A DNA stretch of 64,000 nucleotides from Candidatus Poseidoniaceae archaeon (GTDB lineage Archaea; Thermoplasmatota; Poseidoniia; Poseidoniales; Poseidoniaceae). A program made the position numbers and the translations under genes. The DNA lies in NCBI GenBank assembly GCA_016777125.1, contig JADHSC010000003.1, positions 15,164 to 79,163 on the forward strand, read 5' to 3'. The notes under the pieces are model-generated. The model saw only the letters and a program-made list of their open reading frames with translations, was not told the DNA's origin and did not search any database. This document shows positions 47,386 through 57,200 of this stretch, in pieces; position 1 is the stretch's first letter, and every line of letters starts with the position of its first letter.

Positions 47386-49101
47386 ATGGCCAGTGATTTA
47401 GAGATTGCAAGGAAGGCTGAATTAGAACCGATTGAAGCGATTGCTTGGAAACTTGGTATTCCATCAAGTGATTTGATTGCCTATGGGTCGAGTATGGCTA
47501 AGATCTCTTGGGATGGGATGAAACAACGCTTTTCTTCATCCAAAGGAAACCTGATTCTTGTCACATCAGTGAACCCTACTCCGTTTGGAGAAGGCAAGAC
47601 GGTAACGACCATTGGACTCACTCAATCCCTCTGCCGAATTGGAAAGAATGCAACATGTGTTATTCGAGAACCATCCATGGGCCCTGTTTTTGGAATCAAA
47701 GGTGGAGCTGCTGGTGGAGGGAATTCACAAGTACTTCCAATGGAGGAGATTAACCTCCACTTTACAGGAGATCTCCATGCAGTGACTTCTGCACATAATC
47801 TTCTTTCATCTTTAATTGACAATCATATCAAACACGGTAATGCCTGTAAAATTGATACGAACAGAGTCTTTTGGCCAAGAGTTGTTGATCTCAACGATCG
47901 TTCTCTCCGTGATGTTGTGGTTGGCCTAGGAGGTCCTGCAAACGGGAACGTTCGCCAAGATCGGTTTGATATAACAGCCGCTTCTGAAATCATGGCTATT
48001 CTCGTTCTTGCTAAGGATTACAGTGACCTTCGACATCGTTTGGGAGAGATTGTAATCGCTCAATCCACAGAGGGACATCCAATCAAGGCTGAGCATATCG
48101 AAGCTGCTGGATCAATGGCCTTGCTCCTTCGTAATGCCTTTTTACCAAACCTTGTACAAACCTTAGAAGGAAATCCTGCATTTATCCACGGTGGACCATT
48201 TGCAAATATTGCTCATGGAAATTCATCAATTGTAGCTGATCGAATCGCGCTCTCTTGTGCAGATTACGTCGTTACAGAAGCAGGTTTTGGAAGTGATATG
48301 GGGGCTGAGAAATTCATGCACATTAAGGCTGCAACCTCTGGAAAGGCTCCAGATTGCGTTGTAATGAATGTCACAGTTCGATCTATGAAACTTCATGGAA
48401 AGGCCTTTGGAGAACGTGGAGGATACAGACCTTCGAAGGAAGAACTTGAAACTGAGAATGTAACTGCTGTTGTGGCTGGAGCAACATCGAATCTTGATCG
48501 CCACATCAAGAATATGCTTCGTTTTGGAGTTCCTGTTGTCGTTTCAATCAATCGCTTTGCAAGTGATACCGATGCTGAACTCGAAGCAATTGAAGAAGCA
48601 TCACGAGCAAGTGGTGCAAGCCGAGTCTGTCGAACAGAAGTTCACTCAAAGGGTGGAGAAGGCGGAGAGGCACTTGCGAATGCTGTGGTGGATTCCATAC
48701 ACGATCACGTTGCTGCAGGGCGGCCCTTTTTGCCCCTTGTTAGCCCTGATGATTCAATCGAAAAGAAGGTTGAAGCAATCGCAACTCGAATGTATGGAGC
48801 ATCGAATGTAAGTTTCGAAGCACCTGCACTACGTCAATTGAAGAAAATCCAAGAATGGGGATATGGTAATCTACCTGTTTGTATGGCCAAGACTCAGTAC
48901 TCTTTTTCACACGATGCTGGAATGCTTGGAGCTCCATCTGGCTTTGAATTACCAGTTCGTGAATTTAGATTAAATGCAGGAGCAGGTTTCGTAGTTGCGA
49001 TTCTTGGTTCAATAATGACCATGCCTGGATTGCCTAAGCGACCTGCTGCAAATGATATGGACATGGATGAGGATGGAAATCTCGTTGGTGTTTTCGGGTG
49101 A
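47386..49101 (+). CDS. fhs: Formate--tetrahydrofolate ligase. Start taken at MASDLEIA. The ORF track start is 47356.
   Basis: SDLEIA...PIEAIA N-terminus, the TSVNPTPFGEGKTVTTIGL P-loop region, and overall FTHFS length. Confidence 0.85.
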   Translation: MASDLEIARKAELEPIEAIAWKLGIPSSDLIAYGSSMAKISWDGMKQRFSSSKGNLILVTSVNPTPFGEGKTVTTIGLTQSLCRIGKNATCVIREPSMGPVFGIKGGAAGGGNSQVLPMEEINLHFTGDLHAVTSAHNLLSSLIDNHIKHGNACKIDTNRVFWPRVVDLNDRSLRDVVVGLGGPANGNVRQDRFDITAASEIMAILVLAKDYSDLRHRLGEIVIAQSTEGHPIKAEHIEAAGSMALLLRNAFLPNLVQTLEGNPAFIHGGPFANIAHGNSSIVADRIALSCADYVVTEAGFGSDMGAEKFMHIKAATSGKAPDCVVMNVTVRSMKLHGKAFGERGGYRPSKEELETENVTAVVAGATSNLDRHIKNMLRFGVPVVVSINRFASDTDAELEAIEEASRASGASRVCRTEVHSKGGEGGEALANAVVDSIHDHVAAGRPFLPLVSPDDSIEKKVEAIATRMYGASNVSFEAPALRQLKKIQEWGYGNLPVCMAKTQYSFSHDAGMLGAPSGFELPVREFRLNAGAGFVVAILGSIMTMPGLPKRPAANDMDMDEDGNLVGVFG

Positions 49102-49107
49102 TCCTGA

Positions 49108-50172
49108 ATGCAACTGCTGAAGCAAAGCGAGCAACATTGGAAACTTCGGATGGATTCTGAAGATGACTTATGGGTACTTGCAAGATTTGCGATTTCTGGA
49201 AGAAGCCTTGCAATGCTTGGTGAACGCAGAGATACAACAACGGCAGAATCGGGAGATCGGGCTAAGGCTGCTGAGCGAAAAAAGATGTGGATTCAACTCA
49301 GGATACTCACCACCGAATACAAAACCTACTCCAATATCCTACGAGTGCATGGCACAATTGAACAAGCCCCAATAGACGTTGGTTCACATCATACACATCT
49401 TATCGAAGTGGGTGATGAAATCGAACTTCATTCACTAAGCGGATTTCCTGAATACGACAGACTCTTGCTTGAGGAAACAATGAACTCCGATAAGAAGAGT
49501 AATGTTTCGATCATCGTTGTTGAAAATGATGAAATTATCCTTTTTGAAGTTACACGACGAGGATTGCGAGAAGGTGCTACGTGGACAATGCGCGGTGGAG
49601 GAAAGCGTGGTGATATTCGAACGAGTGAATCTGTTGCTAAATCGTTCCAACAACAAGTTGCAAAGGAGATTCTCGCTGCTACTTCAACGAATAAACCTAT
49701 GATTCTATGTGGGCCTGGTCATGCGAGAGAACGATTACGTAATGTGATTCTTACTCAAGATCCACAACGTTCCATCCGGCTTGTATCAACATCTATGGCA
49801 GGTCGATCAGGAGCGAATGAAATTATTCGAGAGGGTTTAGCAGATGAACTCCTCTCGCAACATGCAATTAGTAAAGAAATAAAATTGCTGGAAGAAGTCT
49901 GGCTTCGTTTGAGCAAGAATGGAGCAGTGGCCTATGGTGAAAAGGAATTATCGAGAGCTATGAATGAAGGTGCAATCGAAACATTACTCGTTTCAGCAGA
50001 CACACTTCGAGACCCTGAAGCAATGATTGATGGGATTCCTGTTTCTTCTTGGGTTGAAGCAATTACTGACATAGGTGCTGAACTGGTTCAATGTTCATCG
50101 GACCATGACTCGGGTGAACAACTCAACAACATGGGCGGAATCATTGCATTATTGCGATATAGGATGGTGTGA
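49108..50172 (+). CDS. Pelota (Dom34) homolog, an mRNA surveillance/ribosome rescue factor.
   Basis: N-terminal DDLWVLARFAISG motif, central domain, and eRF1-like C-terminal domain (AYGEKELSRAMNEGAIETLLVSADTL). No GGQ motif, so not aRF1. Confidence 0.6.
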   Translation: MQLLKQSEQHWKLRMDSEDDLWVLARFAISGRSLAMLGERRDTTTAESGDRAKAAERKKMWIQLRILTTEYKTYSNILRVHGTIEQAPIDVGSHHTHLIEVGDEIELHSLSGFPEYDRLLLEETMNSDKKSNVSIIVVENDEIILFEVTRRGLREGATWTMRGGGKRGDIRTSESVAKSFQQQVAKEILAATSTNKPMILCGPGHARERLRNVILTQDPQRSIRLVSTSMAGRSGANEIIREGLADELLSQHAISKEIKLLEEVWLRLSKNGAVAYGEKELSRAMNEGAIETLLVSADTLRDPEAMIDGIPVSSWVEAITDIGAELVQCSSDHDSGEQLNNMGGIIALLRYRMV

Positions 50173-50480
50173 ATGTGAAAATCCTCTACTTCTCAGAGTT
50201 AGGAACTGACCTTCGAGAAGAAATGAGTGGAGCACGTTGGTTGCTCATGTCAAGTACAGATTTGCAATCCGCAACTGGAGCGCTAATGTTTGCAGAATTG
50301 GATGGAATCCTTATCGGAGTTGACCATAGAGGAGAAGAAATAACTCCGGGTCTATGGCAGCGAGCAGTCCATTTGATGCTCGTTTCAGAACAGATCAATG
50401 CAGATGAATTCGCTAAAAAAAGTGGAATCACAAAGGTGATTGCAGACGATGTTGGTCAACTCGTAGATTACACCTGGTAA
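50169..50480 (+). CDS. Hypothetical 103-aa protein, translationally coupled to pelota.
   Basis: ATGA start/stop overlap with pelota. No recognisable motifs. Confidence 0.3.
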   Translation: MNVKILYFSELGTDLREEMSGARWLLMSSTDLQSATGALMFAELDGILIGVDHRGEEITPGLWQRAVHLMLVSEQINADEFAKKSGITKVIADDVGQLVDYTW

Positions 50481-50554
50481 TGGGTCCGGAGGGAATTGAA
50501 CCCTCGATCTTCGCCTTGTAAGGGCGACGTCATAAACCCCTAGACCACAGACCC
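50481..50554 (-). tRNA. tRNA-Val (anticodon TAC).
   Basis: Minus-strand cloverleaf: GGGTCTG-TG-GTCT-AGGGGTTTA-TGAC-G-TCGCC-CTTACAA-GGCGA-AGATC-GAGGG-TTCAATT-CCCTC-CGGACCC-A. No encoded CCA. Confidence 0.7.
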
Positions 50555-50633
50555 AGCCTTCCGTGTACAGAGATGTATTTGAAACAAGAGGTATCCAATA
50601 ACCTCAAATTAGATGCCAAACCGCGTTTAAACA

Positions 50634-51335
50634 ATGGACGAGGAAGCACAAGCTGCCGCAGCAAGGCTAGTCCGTCGACTCAAAGGCGGCTACACCGTCA
50701 CAATTGCAGAGTCCTGTACGGGTGGTTTACTCGCGAGTACACTCACTGATATTGCTGGTGCTAGTGCATGGTTTAACCAATCATGGGTCACATATTCATA
50801 CGAGGCTAAGATCAAGGAACTGAATGTTAGTCGAGAATTGCTTGAAAAGAAAGGGGCAGTTTCAGCAGAGGTCGCAATTCAAATGGCTCAAGGAGCACTT
50901 GCTCGTGCAAATGCCGATATTGCGATTTCAATAACAGGAATTGCAGGTCCAGGAAATGATGGTACCTCAAAGAAAGTTGGTTACGTCTATGTTGGTATTG
51001 CATCGAAAACGTGGGCAATCGCCGAAGCGACTCAAATCGGTGGAAACCGCCAGGAGAACAAAGAAGGGTTTGTTCACTTCGCTTTGCTTACTGCAATCAG
51101 ACATTGGGATCAAGCGATGGAATTAGCAGAAGAGAACAGATTGAAAGATCTTGAAGAACTAGAAACGAAGGCTCGTGAAAATGCTCTTGCGGAAATTGAA
51201 CGCAACAAACGGGCTGCGGCTGCTGCACAGGAAACCGCTTGGCAATCTCAAACATGGTCTGGGAAAAACCGAGACAGTGAAGGTAAGGAAATTGGAATTG
51301 ACGTCCACTGGGACGATGAATTACAAGAAGATTGA
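50634..51335 (+). CDS. CinA C-terminal domain protein (PncC-like NMN deamidase) with a C-terminal coiled-coil/acidic extension.
   Basis: TVTIAESCTGGLLAS and ISITGIAGPGND motifs of the CinA_C/PncC family. An extra ~80 aa of helical, charged tail. Confidence 0.65.
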   Translation: MDEEAQAAAARLVRRLKGGYTVTIAESCTGGLLASTLTDIAGASAWFNQSWVTYSYEAKIKELNVSRELLEKKGAVSAEVAIQMAQGALARANADIAISITGIAGPGNDGTSKKVGYVYVGIASKTWAIAEATQIGGNRQENKEGFVHFALLTAIRHWDQAMELAEENRLKDLEELETKARENALAEIERNKRAAAAAQETAWQSQTWSGKNRDSEGKEIGIDVHWDDELQED

Positions 51336-51347
51336 ACATCAACCCTT

Positions 51348-52955
51348 TTGGAGGGTCGACCCCTCTACGCAAATATGTCTGCGGAGTGGGGGTCGATTTC
51401 GCAGGAATTAATGAGGAAAGGAATACTCGTTACCGCAGGTGTGAAAGAAATTTTACTTGCCCAATCGATGCCGATTGAGATTCTCAAACAGGGAGAGAAA
51501 ATTGGATTCCAGCGTGGGATGCTGACAGTATCTATTCTTGACCAGATGATTGCTGAGTTCGAGAAACTAAAACAACCAACTCCTGACAAAATGACTCAAC
51601 CTATCGGTCGGACTATTGCACCAATTAACGAACCAGAGCCCGTAAAAATTCAGTATCGGAATAATCTTCCTGACTGGAGAGAACAGGACTTTTCGGGACT
51701 AGCTACGGACGTAGACCTCGATATATTTGTTCATTATGACATCACAGGGAACAGTACAACTGAAGGGAAGATGGGAGATATACAAGCCTGTTTTAACGAT
51801 CGTCTAGACAGTATTCGAAAGATGATTGTTACAAATTCTCGATTACCAAGAAAACCTCAAGAAATTGGTCGATTGAATGTTGAATATCGCCGATATCAAG
51901 GATATGAAAACTTGGCAGTAGCAATTGGACTTGTCAATGAGCCTAGGCACACAAAGAACGGACACCTTATGTTTGGCTTGGAGGATGAAACTGGTGAAAT
52001 GAATTGTTTACTGACAATTCGGCAGGGGGATGATAGAGATCGTATGCATGAGCAGGTTGTAGAAGCTGGCCTCATGCCTGATGACGTGTTGGGCGTAAGC
52101 GGTTCGTTTTCACAAACAGGAGACATATTCTATGTCGATGATTTATTCTTCCCTATGAAAGATAAACACGACAAGGTAAGTGCTAATGTTGGAGTCAGTG
52201 TTGCATTTCTATCAGATATACACGTAGGATCAAAGACGTTTTTAGAAGCACAATGGCACAAAATGGTTCGCTGGTTTAACACAGATCCATTGGCTAAGAC
52301 AATCAAGTATCTTGTTTTGAGTGGGGACTGTGTCGACGGTGTAGGAATTTATCCAGGACAAGACAAGGAACTTGCCATACCTGATTTATTTGGCCAGTAT
52401 ACTGAATTCGCACGATTGCTCGAACTTTTACCCGATTGGGTTGAATGCATTATGCTTCCAGGCAATCACGATGCAGTCCGACCTGCAGAACCTCAACCTA
52501 CGTTCGAAAAAGACATTCAGCAGGATTACAATAAAACCACATTTGTTGGAAATCCCTGTGACTTTTCACTCCATGATGTCCGATTACTTTCTTACCATGG
52601 AAAATCAATTGACGATTTTGTTGCCGGTCTTCGAACTGTAACATATGCAGAACCGGTGGAAGCAATGCGTCAGATGTTAAGAAGACGACATTTAGCCCCT
52701 CAGTGGGGGGGTAAAACTCCATTATCACCAGAACTTGAAGATGGCCTTGTCATCAGAGAAGTGCCAGATATATTTGTCACTGGACACGTACATGGGCATG
52801 AGTGCATGGATTTCAGAGGAACAACTCTCGTTTGTTCTTCTACATGGCAGGATCAAACATCTTACCAGAAGATGCTCGGGTTCCAACCAAAACCATGTAT
52901 GTTGACGGTTATCAATTTACAATCCCATAAATCAACATCAATTCCTTTCGCTTGA
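51348..52955 (+). CDS. polB: DNA polymerase II (PolD) small subunit DP1.
   Basis: OB-fold, then calcineurin-like phosphoesterase motifs (LSDIHVGS, VLSGDCVDGVG, LPGNHD, GHVH). About 535 aa. Confidence 0.8.
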   Translation: MEGRPLYANMSAEWGSISQELMRKGILVTAGVKEILLAQSMPIEILKQGEKIGFQRGMLTVSILDQMIAEFEKLKQPTPDKMTQPIGRTIAPINEPEPVKIQYRNNLPDWREQDFSGLATDVDLDIFVHYDITGNSTTEGKMGDIQACFNDRLDSIRKMIVTNSRLPRKPQEIGRLNVEYRRYQGYENLAVAIGLVNEPRHTKNGHLMFGLEDETGEMNCLLTIRQGDDRDRMHEQVVEAGLMPDDVLGVSGSFSQTGDIFYVDDLFFPMKDKHDKVSANVGVSVAFLSDIHVGSKTFLEAQWHKMVRWFNTDPLAKTIKYLVLSGDCVDGVGIYPGQDKELAIPDLFGQYTEFARLLELLPDWVECIMLPGNHDAVRPAEPQPTFEKDIQQDYNKTTFVGNPCDFSLHDVRLLSYHGKSIDDFVAGLRTVTYAEPVEAMRQMLRRRHLAPQWGGKTPLSPELEDGLVIREVPDIFVTGHVHGHECMDFRGTTLVCSSTWQDQTSYQKMLGFQPKPCMLTVINLQSHKSTSIPFA

Positions 52956-53618
52956 AGGGAGTTCAATGTAATCTAGAATCTTCATGAGATTCTTTTCATA
53001 GATAATTGGAACATTAGATGCTTCGAAGGCTTTGATAGACGAGTCTCGACTAGGATTAAACCCAATGAAATGACTTCCATCGATCATCATGGAGAGATCC
53101 ATCTCAGAATCACCGACTGAGAGCACGTTTTTGGGTTCAAATCCATGCATTTCAATGAGTCGTTGAATGATATCACCTTTACCACTCGCATGAAGTCGGC
53201 AAATACCGTTATCACTCAAGTAATCTCCATCATCGAATTCAAACCCATTCGCAATCCAGTCATCAACTTTGAGCAAAGCTGCAATACTGCTGACAAATAT
53301 GTCAACACCTGCACTTACGATAGCAACATAGACACCACGTTCTTGCAACAGAGCCACGAGTTCTCGTGCACCAGGCATCAATGAGATGCCTGAATACATG
53401 CGAAAGATCTCATCCCTATGGATAGGGGATCGTATCTCCTTCCACATAGCAATGTCTGATCGCATGAACTCAACATCAGAGATTTCTCCAGCAATGAAGC
53501 GAGAGAGATTCTTACTGTTGTCTGTTCCAAAGCCATCATGGAGTGTTTTCCATGAACTTACCGAGTCAACCAGAACGCCATCACAATCAAAGACTACACA
53601 GAGACATTCGTCGCTCAT
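52938..53618 (-). CDS. HAD-superfamily hydrolase, phosphoserine-phosphatase-like.
   Basis: Motif I VVFDCDGVLVD and motif IV GDSEMDLSMM, with a cap domain between them. Confidence 0.55.
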   Translation of the reverse strand: MSDECLCVVFDCDGVLVDSVSSWKTLHDGFGTDNSKNLSRFIAGEISDVEFMRSDIAMWKEIRSPIHRDEIFRMYSGISLMPGARELVALLQERGVYVAIVSAGVDIFVSSIAALLKVDDWIANGFEFDDGDYLSDNGICRLHASGKGDIIQRLIEMHGFEPKNVLSVGDSEMDLSMMIDGSHFIGFNPSRDSSIKAFEASNVPIIYEKNLMKILDYIELPSSERN

Positions 53619-53723
53619 GTACAGACCAGTGTCTGCTTGCTTGAAAGCATTCGCCTATCAGCAGAAGATCGGGCCAGTGGCTCGAAGCCACTGGCCCATC
53701 AACTGTCGTCTCGTTTTTCAACT

Positions 53724-54254
53724 TCAGACCTTGTTGTACTCTAGGTCGCTGTAGGTCTTGATGACCGATCCTTCACCAGGTCCTGGTTGGTATGTGATTC
53801 GGATTGTTCCATCCGTAATCGCAGTACCGTCAGGTGCATGGGTTCGAACCATAATTTGATCACCAATACCGAAGGTTGATTCCTTGTAGGTTCCTTCGTC
53901 TTCTACCTTATCGAAGAAGGTAACGAATGCATCACTGTTCGATGGACTAAATCCATACACATCACTTGTGTTAGCAAGGGATGTAGCATAGGATGTTCGT
54001 GTTCCAGTTGAATCAGTGTACAGAACTGTCACGATGACAGACTGAGTTGAAAGTTCAGCTTCAGTCTGATCAACACTGATTGCCCAGTATCCATCTGCAG
54101 CACCGAGGTTCTCATTCACTTTATCGAAGGTAACTCGAGGAGTTCCTAACTTACCAGTCTCTGCAAGAGAAGATGCCCAAACATAGATGACACCGGAGAG
54201 AACAACTGTGATTGCGACCATCAAGATGGTTGCGATAACAGGGCTCACTGCCAT
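53724..54254 (-). other. In-frame archaeal type-IV-pilin-like module (Pilin_N/class III signal-peptide-like helix plus a ~150-aa globular part). It is either a C-terminal domain of the giant protein or a separate small gene that starts at the internal ATG.
   Basis: MAVSPVIATILMVAITVVLSGVIYVWAS closely resembles the conserved N-terminal hydrophobic helix of archaeal type IV pilins (AVSPVIGVILMVAITVILA...). Confidence 0.45.
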
Positions 54255-57200
54255 TTCGTCATCAACGATTCTGGTGTCTTCTTCTACGTCTTCTTCATCT
54301 CTGCGGCTTGACATAGCAAGGGCAGTAACGAAGAATCCTGCGAGAGCAACGACAACGAGGCTTGGAGCGAACGATGGAACTGATCCAAGTCCACTACCGA
54401 GCGAAACAACACTTGGTATTCGTCCAGTGTTGTTTGCTGCAAGGAAAGTGCTTGCAGGTTGGTTTGCATGGTTGCATACAGGAGCTGTTTCTGTAGAGTA
54501 CATCACGTTGTTACACCAATCGCTGTCTTCGAGGAGAGGACGGCGTTCGGATGTCTTGGTTGCATCGCTACCATATTGACCTGGCTTGGACCAATCGTCA
54601 CCTTGTTGTCCACCAGAGTTAGCTCTGTGGGATTTAGGGTCGTCGGTCTGGAAGCGGTCAGAAGGAGCCTTGCTCAAGTCACAATCATCATCCAAACATG
54701 TTAGAACATCCATCTCGACATAGATTTGTCCAGAGGAGTTAACGATGTAGACGTATTCCTGAATGACCATAGTATCTCCGTATGCAGGTACTGGATAGTA
54801 CTTGACATTCTCGGACTCACCATGACCACCATCTGTGTGGAATGTTACAGCCAACATGTGGTCGTATGTGAACGGTCCAACATCTCCACCAGCACCAATG
54901 GTTACCTCAACAGGTACGTATGTACCTGAGAGAACGTTATTGATTCCGAGGAAGTCAAAGCCGATTGCATCATCGAAGTAGTAGTCTCCAACCAATTCAC
55001 GAACGTTTTCAACACGAACACCAATTTCCTGAGTAGCAACACCTTGGGTGTAGCTGGCAATTGACATTACTGCTGGATCGTAGTTAGGTACGTAACTTGG
55101 TGCAGTAGCAGTATCCTTCAGTACAAGACGGATTTGACAGAAGTCAGAACCGCTCGGTCCGATTTGGTGGATACCGTTATCGTTCAAGTAATCAATTTCC
55201 CAAGCGTTAGCGTTGGTCGTTGCATCTGGAACCAGTTCGAAGACGAGGTTGTCGTCCTGGATGGTTGCAGTGAAGTAGTTCTGGTATGTACATTGGTCAG
55301 TTGGTTCAACAGTCCATGCCAAGTCAGCAGCGTTATGATCAACGTCATACTTGACTGCAGACAAGTCATAGGTCAAGTTCTGTACGCTTGTGTCATCTTC
55401 CATGAGGGAGATGGACCAAGGAGCAACTGGTGTAGATCCGTTAGCGGATGTTACAACAGCACCGGTAGTAACGTCCCAGTCGAGAACAACTGGAGCATCG
55501 TTAACTGGGCTGACTGAGAAGTCAACAACTACATTGTCTGCAGCTGTGTTCTCTGCACCGTCATCACTCAGAGTGAGTGTAACAGGACATGTACCACCGA
55601 GTTCGTTACCAGTGTTTTCAGTCATGGTTAGTTCGTTAGCGACAACATCGACACTGAAAGCAATACAGTCAGTAGGTACGGATGCACCCCATGTGTAGAC
55701 TTGACGGGTCGGGTCTTGCTCGTTGTCCATATCACGGACGTATGACTTGCTTGCATTGGAAATATCTCCAAGGAACTTGGAAACACTGCCGAATCCTTCA
55801 GGAACAATGTTCGTGTAAGATCCGTCATCTACGAAGACTGGCATACAATCGATACGCTCTGTGTTACAGATGACTGGCTTGTCGTTAATGTTGTTAACAG
55901 TCAACGTCATGTTCTTGGTATCAGTCAATCCGTGGCTGTCTGTTACAACAAACTCGAATTCGATTGTACCGAACTGGTCATCGAGAGGTGTGATCGATAC
56001 TGTGTGTCCGTTCTTGTTCCAGTCAACCAATACATTGCTGTGAGCAACAGTTGTTCCTTCAGTAGCGGTCCAAGTCAATGTAGCTTCATCGTCTTGTACG
56101 TCATCTGCAAGGTTTGTGAGAGACATGGTGTAAACACCGCTGTCTTCATCAACTGCATCATCTGCAAGTGTGGCTTGGATTTCAGGACATGCACGCTTGA
56201 TATCGACGGTCAATTGTTGGTTCGTTGCCATAGAGACAGCGTCAACAGTAGCCCAGTCGTAAGCACAATCTGCTTGTGTCTTAATCATGACATCGTAATC
56301 CTTAGCAGCGCCAGCAGTGGTTGAACCCTTGTAGGTTCGGTAAACCAATACTTCATCACTGATGCTTCCAGTCTCAAGATCATCGTGAGTTGTCTCGATG
56401 GAGATGTACTCAGTTAGTGTTTGAGCGCCAGTAGTTACAGTCTGGGATGGGTGAACATTTTGGATGTTCGCCGTTCCATCTTGTAGGATAGCAACGATGT
56501 TTACAGCATCAGGAGTACCGCCAAGGCGGCTGAACGGAATTGCGATTTCGAAGAAACCAGCAGTTGTTGTTCCCAAGTCTGCATCAACAGCATCTGTCGA
56601 CATTGAACTTGCTCCCCAGCCAAGGAATCCATTAGAGTATAGATCCATGTTGGTATCACTTGTTGCCCAGAACAGGTAATCTGCTTGGACAGGCAATGTG
56701 TGAGCTGCGTTCAAGTTGTAGCCAGTGTTTGAACCACCAGCAACGACGTCCAGGTAAATCAACAGGTCGTTGGTTGCAAGATCTTCACCGGTCATACCGA
56801 TGTAGAGTGCATCACCTTCGCTGTATGTTACAAGGAGGTCGTTTGTTCCGTCTCCAGAAACCATACCAGGCATAGCATCGTCAGATGGGTTCAGTGGTGT
56901 TCCACCAATCCAATCAGAGTCGTCACCGTCTACAGCCATGATATCTGGCTGGAAAGCAGGTGATACGTATGCTGCACGTGTTCCATCAGTTGAGAGAAGA
57001 GACATACCAACAGCAGATGCAGTACCTTGTAGGTGAGTTGCATCGAGGCTGAACAGGTTTGCTTCATCGATGGTTGCGGAAGCAACGATACTAATTGCGT
57101 TTGAATCGAGTGTGTTACCAATACTGGTTACGTATGCATTCGATCCTGCATTAATTTGCGTTGTTGAAGCAGACCATGTGAGGTTCTCGACAGATCCTAC

